Assembly: GCA_964510435.1 (NCBI GenBank) | Contig: CAZEBU010000001.1 | Coordinates: forward strand, 52,627-116,626 | DNA: 64,000 bases | Reading direction: 5' to 3' | Source of the DNA: an uncultured Candidatus Saccharibacteria bacterium | Lineage (GTDB): Bacteria > Patescibacteriota > WWE3 > UBA101185 > UBA10185 | Shown here: positions 1-9,255 of the stretch, piece by piece | How positions within the stretch are numbered: position 1 is the stretch's first letter | How the letters are laid out: the number at the start of each line of letters is the position of its first letter | Notes under the pieces: model-generated | Databases searched by the model: none | Seen by the model: only the letters and a program-made list of their open reading frames with translations | What the model was told of the DNA's origin: nothing | Made by a program: the position numbers and the translations under genes

Positions 1-249
1 CCCGCCGATAATACCGATCATAACAAGCCTGAACACATTTTTTCCGTCAAGTTGCTTGATCTTTCTCCACTTACCGGAAACCAAGAGTAAGGTTAACAAA
101 ATCAGCCCTACTCCTAAATTTTTAGTAGCAGTAAAAACTAAAGGGGGAGTAATAAAACCCACGGCAAATTTATTAATGAAAATAGACACCCCGGAGACAA
201 GTGCCGTTAGTAAAGCCAAAACAATACCTCTATCGTTACTGGAAAACAT
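1..249 (-). CDS. EamA/DMT-family transporter, N-terminal part; the gene runs off the window start
   Basis: The reverse-strand translation from the ATG at 247-249 reads MFSSNDRGIVLALLTALVSGVSIFINKFAVGFITPPLVF..., which is a TM-rich EamA-like N-terminus. AGGAG lies upstream. The plus-strand ORF 56-262 is antisense to it and is likely spurious. Confidence 0.4.
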   Translation of the reverse strand, partial: MFSSNDRGIVLALLTALVSGVSIFINKFAVGFITPPLVFTATKNLGVGLILLTLLLVSGKWRKIKQLDGKNVFRLVMIGIIGG

Positions 250-293
250 AAATTTCTCCTAAAATTAAAAAAAGCAAACTTTGCTTTGTAAAA

Positions 294-587
294 CTAGGCA
301 GGCCAAACTTGCTGCCCGGTCTCGGTATCAACAATAATTATTGCTTTAGTCGGACACGATTGCGCAGCTAAGAGCAGGTTTTCGGGAGTGTCCGTACTTT
401 CCTCCTGAATGACAGCTTTTTTATCACCGTCCAACACAAAGGTCTCCGGGGAAAAAGCGAGACACGAAGCCGCCCCAATACACAGGTCGCGGATCACCTG
501 AACTTTATATTTGCCAATTTGTACAACTTTGTCTTGTCCTTGTTCGTCCATAAATTTAAGGATATAGGTTTTTAAAAAAATATTCAA
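294..587 (-). CDS. small single-cluster [3Fe/4Fe-4S] ferredoxin (Pyrococcus/Thermotoga type), probable electron acceptor of the adjacent oxidoreductase
   Basis: Motif DLCIGAASCLAFSPETF...AAQSCPT. It is the last gene of the por/acd operon on the minus strand. Confidence 0.6.
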   Translation of the reverse strand: MNIFLKTYILKFMDEQGQDKVVQIGKYKVQVIRDLCIGAASCLAFSPETFVLDGDKKAVIQEESTDTPENLLLAAQSCPTKAIIIVDTETGQQVWPA

Positions 588-598
588 GAACCCTTTAA

Positions 599-1456
599 TT
601 AAATATAGTGCTTAAACAATTCACCCACGTTGTCTCTAACAATCCTATGCGCTATCAAAGGCATTTCGCTAATTTGTGGTAACAACGATTCATAAGTTGG
701 TTTTTCTTCCTTGTAAAAAACTCCCAGAGGTATTTGTTTTTCAGCAAATTCCTGTACTTTCATGAAAGCGGCCTGTTTATCAGCGGGATCATGATCATCA
801 CCTAAATGGTAGGTATTAGCCTGTAAAAATTCGTGAGTCATCGTTTTATTGAAGGCAGTGCACGGCTGAAGAATATCCAATAAAGCAAAACCTTTATGCT
901 CAACAGCTTGCATCATCATTTCCTTAACATGCATAATGTCCCCAGCATAGGCTCTGGCCACAAAGGTAGCTCCCGCCGCAATAGCCACCAGCAAAGGGTT
1001 CAACGGGTTATCCGGATTTCCTTGAGGAGTCGATTTTGATTTATACCCGTGAGGCGTAAGAGGAGAAGTCTGACCCGTGGTCAAAGCATACAAAGCATTG
1101 TCATGTAGAAAAACTGATATGTCATGGTTTCTGCGAGCTGAATGAATAAAGTGATTTCCCCCCTCACCTAAACAATCTCCATCGCCGGTGAAGACAAAGA
1201 CATTGAGCATATGATTAGCTATTTTAATTCCAGTGGCCACAGGAAGTGGACGTCCGTGTAAACCTTCAAAGGAAGTCATTTTGGTGAAATTGAGAATATG
1301 CCCGTGACAGCCTATCCCAGCCACCATAACGGAATTCTTATTATTCCAGTCTTTTTCTACCGCTGCGTTTTTGAAAGCAGCCCAAATAGGCAGGTTGCCA
1401 CATCCGGGACACCAGTTAGGATCGCAGGTTGTTTTTAGATCGTTAAGCGTGGTCAT
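599..1456 (-). CDS. 2-oxoacid:ferredoxin oxidoreductase beta subunit (TPP-binding)
   Basis: CPGCG near the N-terminus and the GDGD TPP motif, with typical PorB/KorB length. It overlaps the upstream gene by 4 bp, which suggests translational coupling. Confidence 0.85.
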   Translation of the reverse strand: MTTLNDLKTTCDPNWCPGCGNLPIWAAFKNAAVEKDWNNKNSVMVAGIGCHGHILNFTKMTSFEGLHGRPLPVATGIKIANHMLNVFVFTGDGDCLGEGGNHFIHSARRNHDISVFLHDNALYALTTGQTSPLTPHGYKSKSTPQGNPDNPLNPLLVAIAAGATFVARAYAGDIMHVKEMMMQAVEHKGFALLDILQPCTAFNKTMTHEFLQANTYHLGDDHDPADKQAAFMKVQEFAEKQIPLGVFYKEEKPTYESLLPQISEMPLIAHRIVRDNVGELFKHYI

Positions 1457-3189
1457 GACTTACCTCCTTCCAACACTGAACTTATTTTTTCCACAAGCTC
1501 CTCTACATAAAAAGGCCTTCCGTCGTATTTAATGAAATTATCCGTGATATCAAAGCCTGTCTGTTCTTTCACAATTCCCCGCATCTGCATAGTGAAGTTT
1601 GCCTCTATATTAACTACGTGCTTGGCTTTTTCTAAAACCTGCTTAACTGCCTCCATCGGAAAGGGACTAACCCAAGTCAAATGTAAGAAGTTTACATTAC
1701 TAAATTCTTTTAGAGCTTGTAGAATAGGCCCTTTATTGCTCCCCCAGGAAACCAGTGTCACCTCCGCTTGCTCCGGCCCAAACAACTGCGGTTGGGGCAT
1801 ATCCTCCTTTTTGCAGGTTTCCAATTTCTGCATTCTTTTCTCCATCTGTTGATTGCGGTTGTCTATTTCTTCGTTGGAAAATCCTATTTCATCATGCTCA
1901 TCCGAATTGGCAATAAAGAAATTACCTACACCGGGAATGCTTCTAGTGGAAATACCGTCTGCTTCCGGTTTGTATCTCCGATAGTTTTCATCAAATTCGG
2001 TAGTAAGTTTTCCACGGTTAATCTCGTAACGGGAAATATCAAACATGGCTACGCTCTGATCGCATTCGCAAATATCCTTGTTAATCAAAACTACTACCGG
2101 GGTCTGGTATTTTTCCGCTAAATTAAAGGCCTGCATGGTCATGTGGAAAGTTTCCTCTACATCACCGGGTGTTAAAACAATGCGCAGAAAATCATCTTGG
2201 TGAGCATGCAAAACAAATCTTAGATCCCCCTGAGCACTCCAAGTAGGAATTCCCGTACCGGGACCGCCTCGCATGCCTTCGATCATGACCACCGGAGTCT
2301 CCGTAATTCCTGCCAAACCATAACCTTCCGACATCAAACAAAAACCACCGCCTGAAGTAGCAGTCATAGATCTGGCGCCGGCAAAAGCTGCCCCCAAAGC
2401 CATATTTATAGCCGCTATCTCATCTTCGGGCTGCTTGTAGACATACTTGTATTCTTCCTGATGCTTAGCCAGCACATGCAAAATGTTGGAAATGGGTGAC
2501 ATAGGATAAATAGAGGCAAACTGCAATCCGGCTGAGATGGCTCCTAGGGCTACTGCTTCGTTACCGTTTAGCACCATCTTTGCCACAGAAGAATCTACGT
2601 TGCCTTCTAACTTAACGGTACTCTTCACTTGATGGGCATAATTTTCTTTCACGAAATTATAACCCAATTCAACCGCTTTTTGATCAGCTTTAACAATATC
2701 TTCACCCTTATCAGCATATTCTTCAGTCACAAGTTTTTTCATCACATGCAAATGCCCATCCATTAAAGCTGTGGCTGCTCCCAAGGCAACTATATTTATC
2801 AACAACTCTCCGCCTCCGGCATCTTTTGCCATATTAAATAAAGGTACGGGACACAAGTTAACCCCCGAGGGAACTTTTGAAGTATCAAGCTTACGATCAC
2901 CGTCAAAAATTATTCCGGATCCCTCCGCTAATTCTCCCAGATGAAAATCTATGGATTCCTGATTTAAAGCCACCAATAATTGCGTGGTCAAACTAGGCCC
3001 CGTAACTTCTTCCTTAGAAACATTGACTTGCATAACATTGTGCCCACCCTTAATGATGGAAGGGTACTCCACAAAGGTAAAAACGTTGTATCCAGACCTA
3101 CTGATAAATCTGGCAAAAGTGATCCCTGAAGATTTTATTCCTTGTCCGGCTTTACCGGCAATTTTAAAGGTAAATACATCTTGTTTCAT
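1453..3189 (-). CDS. 2-oxoacid:ferredoxin oxidoreductase alpha subunit with an N-terminal gamma domain (gamma-alpha fusion)
   Basis: The N-terminus FKIAGKAGQGIKSSGITFA is gamma-like, followed by the alpha core domains; total 578 aa. Confidence 0.85.
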   Translation of the reverse strand: MKQDVFTFKIAGKAGQGIKSSGITFARFISRSGYNVFTFVEYPSIIKGGHNVMQVNVSKEEVTGPSLTTQLLVALNQESIDFHLGELAEGSGIIFDGDRKLDTSKVPSGVNLCPVPLFNMAKDAGGGELLINIVALGAATALMDGHLHVMKKLVTEEYADKGEDIVKADQKAVELGYNFVKENYAHQVKSTVKLEGNVDSSVAKMVLNGNEAVALGAISAGLQFASIYPMSPISNILHVLAKHQEEYKYVYKQPEDEIAAINMALGAAFAGARSMTATSGGGFCLMSEGYGLAGITETPVVMIEGMRGGPGTGIPTWSAQGDLRFVLHAHQDDFLRIVLTPGDVEETFHMTMQAFNLAEKYQTPVVVLINKDICECDQSVAMFDISRYEINRGKLTTEFDENYRRYKPEADGISTRSIPGVGNFFIANSDEHDEIGFSNEEIDNRNQQMEKRMQKLETCKKEDMPQPQLFGPEQAEVTLVSWGSNKGPILQALKEFSNVNFLHLTWVSPFPMEAVKQVLEKAKHVVNIEANFTMQMRGIVKEQTGFDITDNFIKYDGRPFYVEELVEKISSVLEGGKS

Positions 3190-6065
3190 TAGATAAACCT
3201 CTCTGCATAAATTCTATCCTTAGAACACCCCGCGGCCAACAACAAGTCAGTCGCATCGGATATCATGGCACGATGTCCGCAGAGGTAAGCCGAGACTTTG
3301 CTCGCATCCTTATAATCCTCTTTGACATATTTGGTAATAAATCCCGTACACCCCTGCCATTCTTCTCCCGGTTCACAAACCACTATCCTGTAATCAAAGT
3401 TGGGGTATTTTTCTTTTAATTCCTTAAAATGATCCTCCCAAAATACCTCTTCCTGATAAGTTAGTCCAAAATAAAGTTTAACAGGTTTCTTTACACCGTA
3501 TTCCTGCAAAGCAGTGTCCATCATACATCTCACGGCACTCATACCGGAACCTGTGGCTAGCAGTAATATTTCCTCGCCCCCATCATCCTTGTTAAAGGTA
3601 AAGACTCCAAATGGTCCTAGAAAGGGTACCGTATCACCCGGTTTTAGGTTTTCAAAAAATTTAGAGCCCGGACCTCCCGGCCTAGTATCCACTAAAAGAT
3701 AAAACTTATTTGGCCCATCGTGTGTGGCAATAGAATAAGCTCTAATAGCATCGGGGGCTACCTTAACACTAATATATTGTCCCGGTTCGAAATTAAATGG
3801 CTCTTGGGTTTCCAGTTCGTAGTAATGATACTGACTTGCCAGCACTTGGTGATCTTTACAGGTGGCAACTTTCATCTGAGGGGGTACGGCTTTTACTGTT
3901 GCTTCCACCTCTTTCATGACTACTTTACCGTCTACCGCCCAGGCTTCGTCCATGGTGACAATGACGGGGTTGATCTCTATTTCCTCCGCTTCCGGGACCA
4001 TGGTTTCCAGCTTGCTTACTCGCACAATAAGATCGTATAGTTTTTCCATAGCATACTCCGGCTGGCTGTCATGCCCTTGTAATATTCCGTAGATCCTTGA
4101 TTTTTCCACCAGTTTCTTGGCTTGTGCTAAGTTAATAGGTAAAAGATGTAGATTTCTATCCGCGATCAATTCCGCGTAGGATCCTCCCGCGCCAAAAAGC
4201 ATCACAGCGCCAAAAGTGGGGTCGTGCTTAAAACCGACTATTACCTCGATCCCGTGTGGTATGTCTTTCTGGATCTGAAAAGACATATGGTCCTTGACGC
4301 CATCATGCAGCTGCTCCACTTTTCTTTCCATCTTATGCCAAGCATCATCAAGTTGTTCCTCATTAATAATCTCCGTAATTACCCCGCCTATATCTTTTTT
4401 ATGCAAGAGACCGGGTGAAGATAACTTGAGAACCACCGGCCATCCGTACTCCAGAGCAAATTCTTTAGCTTCCTCCAAATTACTCACTAGCCTTGTAGGT
4501 GGTGTCTTGATACCAACTGAAGATAAGATCTTATCTGCAGCTAGATTATCCAAAGTTTTGTGTTTTTCATTGATCGCCCTCTGAATAATTTGCCTAATAT
4601 CATCACCGCCTGTTTCCAGCTTGATCGACTCCTCAGGAGATGTGTCCTCCGGCGGTTCTTGCTGGACTTTTTTAAATTGCCACATCTTGCCTACAGCCCA
4701 GATAGCTCTTTCGGGAAACCTAAAAGAGGGTATTTTATAGGCGTTTAATTTATTTTCTCCTTCCGAAACTAGCTTTCCTCCCATAAAAGAACAAAAAATG
4801 GGTTTACCGTATTTCTTGGAAAGATTACCAATAACTTCTGCCGTTTTTTCGATCTGCGTCATTATCTGAGGTGTCAGAATAACTACTAGAGCATCCGCCT
4901 GATCGTTTTTTAGTATTATCTCCAGGGAATCGGCAAACCTATCAGCCAAAGCATCTCCTAAGATATCTACAGGATTCACAATACTGGCAGATCGCGGCAG
5001 AGCCTCCTTAAGCTTTCCTTTAGTTTCCTCATCAAACTCTGTCAGCTCCAACCCCTCTTCCACCACGGCATCGGCACTTATTACAGCCGGGCCTCCTGCG
5101 TTAGAGACAACTGCTACTTTAGGACCTTGAGGAAGATCCTCCCAAGCAAAAGCCCGCGCCAGATCAAAAAAATCTTCCAAAGTTTTACATCTAATAACAC
5201 CTGCTTGCTCTAAAACAGCTTCCATCACCGAATCCTCACCGGCAATGGCTCCTGTATGAGATTGCATTGCTTTAGCGGCCGCTTTAGTTTTTCCGGGCTT
5301 TATGATAAAAACAGGATCTTTCTTGGTAATTTTTCTGACTATCTCTAAAAATTCTCCGCCCCGAGAAATTGACTCCAAATAAAGTCCGATGGGATTTAAG
5401 TCGGATAGCCCTTCTCCGTTATGAGAAATCAGAGTGTTCTGTGATTGTTCGTAAAAATAATTTAATATGTGGTTTTCATTTAAACCTGCTTTATTTCCCA
5501 AGGTCACAAATTCGCTTATACCCACACCGTTAGAATTACACCAATCAAAAAGACTGGCAGCTATGGCACCTGATTGGGTGATAAATCTTAAATTACCTAC
5601 TTCTTTGACCGGCTCCCCAAAAGTCACATTAATCGGCGATAAATTATTTACAAAACCAAGACAATTGGGGCCCAAAAGGTTAATTTGGTATTTTTTCACT
5701 ATTTCCACCAAATCTTCCTCGAGTTCCTCCCCTTCTTGGCCGATTTCTTTAAATCCTGCCGATAAAACAACCACATTTCTTACACCTTTTTCACCTACCT
5801 CGTTAACCACCTGTAATACAGAGGATGCCGGGATAGCAATAACCACCAACTCGGGTACTTCGGACAAAGCGCTCACGTTTGGAAAAGTCTCTAATTCATT
5901 TATCTTTTCCGCATTTGGATTGATAGGATAAACTTTACCTTTATAACCCGAATTGATAATGTTTTTAAGGATGATTGCTCCTAACTTTTCAGGATTTCTG
6001 GAAGCCCCAACAACTGCTACTGAGGCAGGATAAAATAGCGATGTTACCTCTGTGGGCATATACAT
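3189..6065 (-). CDS. ADP-forming acetyl-CoA synthetase (NDP-forming acyl-CoA synthetase, alpha+beta fused) with a C-terminal ferredoxin-NADP reductase-like FAD/NAD(P)-binding domain
   Basis: The N-terminus has the CoA-binding motif SVAVVGASRNPEKLGAIILKN, followed by a succinyl-CoA-synthetase-like ligase domain and an ATP-grasp domain. The last ~245 aa carry the FNR signatures RAYSIAT (the RxYS FAD motif), ATGSGMSAV and YLCGHRAM. Confidence 0.75.
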   Translation of the reverse strand: MYMPTEVTSLFYPASVAVVGASRNPEKLGAIILKNIINSGYKGKVYPINPNAEKINELETFPNVSALSEVPELVVIAIPASSVLQVVNEVGEKGVRNVVVLSAGFKEIGQEGEELEEDLVEIVKKYQINLLGPNCLGFVNNLSPINVTFGEPVKEVGNLRFITQSGAIAASLFDWCNSNGVGISEFVTLGNKAGLNENHILNYFYEQSQNTLISHNGEGLSDLNPIGLYLESISRGGEFLEIVRKITKKDPVFIIKPGKTKAAAKAMQSHTGAIAGEDSVMEAVLEQAGVIRCKTLEDFFDLARAFAWEDLPQGPKVAVVSNAGGPAVISADAVVEEGLELTEFDEETKGKLKEALPRSASIVNPVDILGDALADRFADSLEIILKNDQADALVVILTPQIMTQIEKTAEVIGNLSKKYGKPIFCSFMGGKLVSEGENKLNAYKIPSFRFPERAIWAVGKMWQFKKVQQEPPEDTSPEESIKLETGGDDIRQIIQRAINEKHKTLDNLAADKILSSVGIKTPPTRLVSNLEEAKEFALEYGWPVVLKLSSPGLLHKKDIGGVITEIINEEQLDDAWHKMERKVEQLHDGVKDHMSFQIQKDIPHGIEVIVGFKHDPTFGAVMLFGAGGSYAELIADRNLHLLPINLAQAKKLVEKSRIYGILQGHDSQPEYAMEKLYDLIVRVSKLETMVPEAEEIEINPVIVTMDEAWAVDGKVVMKEVEATVKAVPPQMKVATCKDHQVLASQYHYYELETQEPFNFEPGQYISVKVAPDAIRAYSIATHDGPNKFYLLVDTRPGGPGSKFFENLKPGDTVPFLGPFGVFTFNKDDGGEEILLLATGSGMSAVRCMMDTALQEYGVKKPVKLYFGLTYQEEVFWEDHFKELKEKYPNFDYRIVVCEPGEEWQGCTGFITKYVKEDYKDASKVSAYLCGHRAMISDATDLLLAAGCSKDRIYAERFI

Positions 6066-6154
6066 AGTCTATTGAACTTTCTAATTTGTGTCAAAGGCAA
6101 AAACCCCTGTTTTATAGTCCTTAACACTAATGATAAGATAGTCTTGTAACTGCC

Positions 6155-7078
6155 ATGAAAAAGGTTTTTAAACTTTCAATTCTTATTATTTTCTTAACCA
6201 TCGCGGCTTATATTGCCATGCCCGCATATTTATTTGCTTCCAGGTGGATCAATTTCTCATTTTGCGACCAACCCATCACTTTTTCTGTTAATCATATAGA
6301 TCCCAGTTTTAATATTTCTAAAAAACAAGTAATAAAAGATGCCAGGGAGGCTGCAAACATTTGGAATAATCTAGCCAAGAAGACTATTTTCCTATACGAC
6401 CCTTCCTCAGCGTTGGATATAAACCTGGTTTACGATGAAAGGCAGAGCAACATTACGCAAATATCCGAAAAAAGAGAGCAGATCGACGAAAAACAAAATG
6501 AGCTTTCCTCCAGTGTAGAGGAATTCGAAGAGAGAAGAGAAAAGCTAACAGAGGATCTAGACAACCTAAACGAAGAAATCTCTTATTGGAACGAAAAGGG
6601 ACGTACCTCAAGGGACATTTATAACCAGCTGATCAGAAAGCAAAAAAATCTGCAAAAAGAGGTGGATAAGATCAACAAAATGGCCGAGCAGCTTAACACC
6701 ACGGCGGACCAGATAAACCAACAAATAACCTCCGTCAACAACAGCGTCAAAAAGTTTAACGAACTCCTTACCGTAAAACCGGAGGAGGGTGTTTATCTGG
6801 GAGGACCTAATAAAATAAATATTTTTATTTACGAGAACGAAACCAGCTTTAGACATACCGTAACCCACGAACTTGGACACGCATTAGGATTGGGCCACGT
6901 GGAAGAAGTGGACTCAATAATGTATCCCATTTCCTCAGAAAACTCGCGTGCCACCGAGGCGGATAGAAGGTTGCTGCAAAATTACTGCCTGGAGCAAAAC
7001 CGCTTAGACTTAATACTAAACGACTTAAAAAACATGTTTTATATACTTTATTCAGAAATAAATAATGTGGTAACATAA
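6155..7078 (+). CDS. membrane-anchored matrixin-like (M10 metzincin) zinc metalloprotease with a coiled-coil insert
   Basis: The N-terminus has a TM helix, and the sequence carries the HExxHxxGxxH motif HELGHALGLGH. It is divergent from the acd/por operon. Confidence 0.6.
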   Translation: MKKVFKLSILIIFLTIAAYIAMPAYLFASRWINFSFCDQPITFSVNHIDPSFNISKKQVIKDAREAANIWNNLAKKTIFLYDPSSALDINLVYDERQSNITQISEKREQIDEKQNELSSSVEEFEERREKLTEDLDNLNEEISYWNEKGRTSRDIYNQLIRKQKNLQKEVDKINKMAEQLNTTADQINQQITSVNNSVKKFNELLTVKPEEGVYLGGPNKINIFIYENETSFRHTVTHELGHALGLGHVEEVDSIMYPISSENSRATEADRRLLQNYCLEQNRLDLILNDLKNMFYILYSEINNVVT

Positions 7079-7083
7079 TTTCT

Positions 7084-7497
7084 ATGCGCAAAACAGTAAA
7101 ACTAATCCTCATAGGAGTTATTATAATAGCCGTTTTATCAATATTTAAAAATGAATCCATTGAAGACATTAAGTTAAGTGAAAATTTGCAAGATATAATT
7201 CCTCCCATTGAGCTCAACGACGCACGACATAACATGGTTAATTTCTCCGTTTGCGATCCTGAGGATAGTTTTTCCTTAGATACTGGGTTGGGTTCAGGTG
7301 GTATAAAAGTTGTTGGTCCAAAAGATGATCACTGCCTGGTAGAAACCCGTTATGAAATAGAGGGCGGTTACTTTATCAATGAATGCCGTATACCCCAAAA
7401 GCTGGGAGAAATGCAATTTGAAGAAACTAATTTTGACGAGCTAGCCCCATACTGCCAACTAAAAAATGAGGGGAACGCCCTTTTGGAGCTAAACTAA
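7084..7497 (+). CDS. hypothetical secreted or membrane-anchored small protein (4 Cys)
   Basis: An N-terminal hydrophobic helix; no recognisable domain. Confidence 0.3.
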   Translation: MRKTVKLILIGVIIIAVLSIFKNESIEDIKLSENLQDIIPPIELNDARHNMVNFSVCDPEDSFSLDTGLGSGGIKVVGPKDDHCLVETRYEIEGGYFINECRIPQKLGEMQFEETNFDELAPYCQLKNEGNALLELN

Positions 7498-7551
7498 TGG
7501 GCGATTATCTTTAGTTTCGAAACTAATATAAAATGTAGTTAGTAAACTGCT

Positions 7552-8799
7552 ATGCCTCAAGAAACTGCCGAAAACACAACTGCAGCAAAACAGCTGCAAA
7601 ATCCTACACTGACTAATTTGCTATCTACCCAGGATGTTGACCCCGTACAAGTCATTAATGCCATCCTGCACGAACTGGCCTATTTGCTGGCCTCCGATAT
7701 TTTGTTCGAGCCGGCTAAAGAAAAAGTGGTTATAAGAGCAAGAATTGACGGTGTGCTCTATAACGTGGGTGATATCGGTCATGACCTATATGCTGCAGTC
7801 TCTTCCAGAATTAAAGTTATTTGTGATCTTGATATAACCAGAAAAAGCCAGATCCAAGAAGGTCAGTTTACCGTCGAACATGAAAACGGCATTATCAATT
7901 TAAGGGTGGAGATAGTAGAAACGGTGCACGGCGAGTTGATCGTCTTAAGACTGCACGAAAAAAGAACCATTGTCATGAAGCTATCCGAATTGGGCTTTAG
8001 TAAAGACGCCTACGACAAGTACTGGAAAATGCTCGACCAAAAAAGCGGCTTAATACTGGTTTGCGGTCCAACCGGTACCGGAAAAACCACCACCATATAC
8101 TCAACTATTACGGCTATCAAGAAAAAGGGAAATTTTAATATCATGACCATTGAAGACCCCGTAGAATTTCATTTGCAGGATACCAACCAAATACAAACCA
8201 GCAAAGAAAGGGATTTCACCTTTGCGGCGGGCTTGAGAACCGTTTTAAGACTCAGTCCGGACGTTGTTTTTGTAGGAGAGATCAGAGATAAGGAAACAGC
8301 CGAAATTGCCGTAGAATCAGGGCTTACGGGATTGTTGGTTCTCTCCACTGTACACGCTGAAGATTCGGTAGGGGCTCTGTTTAGGATGCTCGACTTGGGA
8401 GTAGAGACTTATTTATTAAACTCATCTTTGGTGGGCATAGTTTCTCAAAGACTTGCTCGAAGAAACTGCCCTGTCTGTTTGGAAAGTTACACACCAAATC
8501 AGGAAGAACTAGATATATTTAACGGTATCATGGGAAGACCACCTACCAGATTAGTAAAATCAAAAGGTTGCCCTTCCTGCCAAAATCTTTCTTATAAAGG
8601 AAGGATCGGTATTTACGAAGTTTTAAGAATAGATGCCAAAGTGAGAGGACTGATCAGAAATAAAGCCAGCGAAGAAGAGTTTAGGGAAACTTTAAAACAA
8701 ATGAACTTCACTACTCTTCTAAGAGATGGCTTGCTCAAATGTGAGCAGGGTATTACTACCATTGACGAGGTTTTAAGAAACAGCTTAAGAGTCGAGTAA
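7552..8799 (+). CDS. GspE/PilB-family secretion/pilus-assembly ATPase (minimal form lacking the N-terminal GSPII domain)
   Basis: Walker A GPTGTGKTTT, the Asp and His boxes, and the tetracysteine motif CPVC...CPSC. Confidence 0.8.
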   Translation: MPQETAENTTAAKQLQNPTLTNLLSTQDVDPVQVINAILHELAYLLASDILFEPAKEKVVIRARIDGVLYNVGDIGHDLYAAVSSRIKVICDLDITRKSQIQEGQFTVEHENGIINLRVEIVETVHGELIVLRLHEKRTIVMKLSELGFSKDAYDKYWKMLDQKSGLILVCGPTGTGKTTTIYSTITAIKKKGNFNIMTIEDPVEFHLQDTNQIQTSKERDFTFAAGLRTVLRLSPDVVFVGEIRDKETAEIAVESGLTGLLVLSTVHAEDSVGALFRMLDLGVETYLLNSSLVGIVSQRLARRNCPVCLESYTPNQEELDIFNGIMGRPPTRLVKSKGCPSCQNLSYKGRIGIYEVLRIDAKVRGLIRNKASEEEFRETLKQMNFTTLLRDGLLKCEQGITTIDEVLRNSLRVE

Positions 8800-8840
8800 T
8801 CATCTTGCTAAATTCATGAAAATGTGGGAAGAATATTAGT

Positions 8841-9221
8841 ATGAACGCATTTATTACCAATATAGAAAATGAAACTTTAAGCAACGAAAATTTCCGTAAA
8901 GTCCTTTACACAGGCACCTATAGTCAACTGGCAGTGATGACCTTGCTTCCGGAAGAAGAAATAGGGGAAGAAATCCACCCTGATGTGGATCAATACATCA
9001 GGATACAAACAGGTGTAGCTAAAGTAATCATAGACGGCGAGGAATCGGTAGTAGGTCCGGACTACATTGTACTCATTCCCGCAGGAGCACGGCATAATGT
9101 GGTCAATGAATCAGTTGATGAGAACCTGAGATTATACACCATATATACACCACCCGAACACCCTAAGGGCACGATACATCGTTCGAAAGAAGAGGGCAAA
9201 AAGCACGAGCCCAGTCATTAG
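8841..9221 (+). CDS. cupin-domain protein
   Basis: A small beta-barrel signature (G-x5-H...H) and 126 aa. Confidence 0.45.
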   Translation: MNAFITNIENETLSNENFRKVLYTGTYSQLAVMTLLPEEEIGEEIHPDVDQYIRIQTGVAKVIIDGEESVVGPDYIVLIPAGARHNVVNESVDENLRLYTIYTPPEHPKGTIHRSKEEGKKHEPSH

Positions 9222-9255
9222 TTATTTTTGATGTAGTTAGGTTGCAAAAAACCTC

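Noticed and set aside
56-262. 68-aa plus-strand ORF at the window start
   Set aside because: It is antisense to a much better EamA-like transporter N-terminus on the minus strand (1-249), and it has no recognisable features.
1532-5931. Several 60-150-aa ORFs antisense to the OFOR and ACD genes (1532-1852, 1768-2121, 2984-3196, 3514-3702, 3720-4040, 4224-4748, 5467-5931)
   Set aside because: They lie entirely within long, well-supported genes on the opposite strand. They have low-complexity or Ser-rich translations. They are shadow ORFs.
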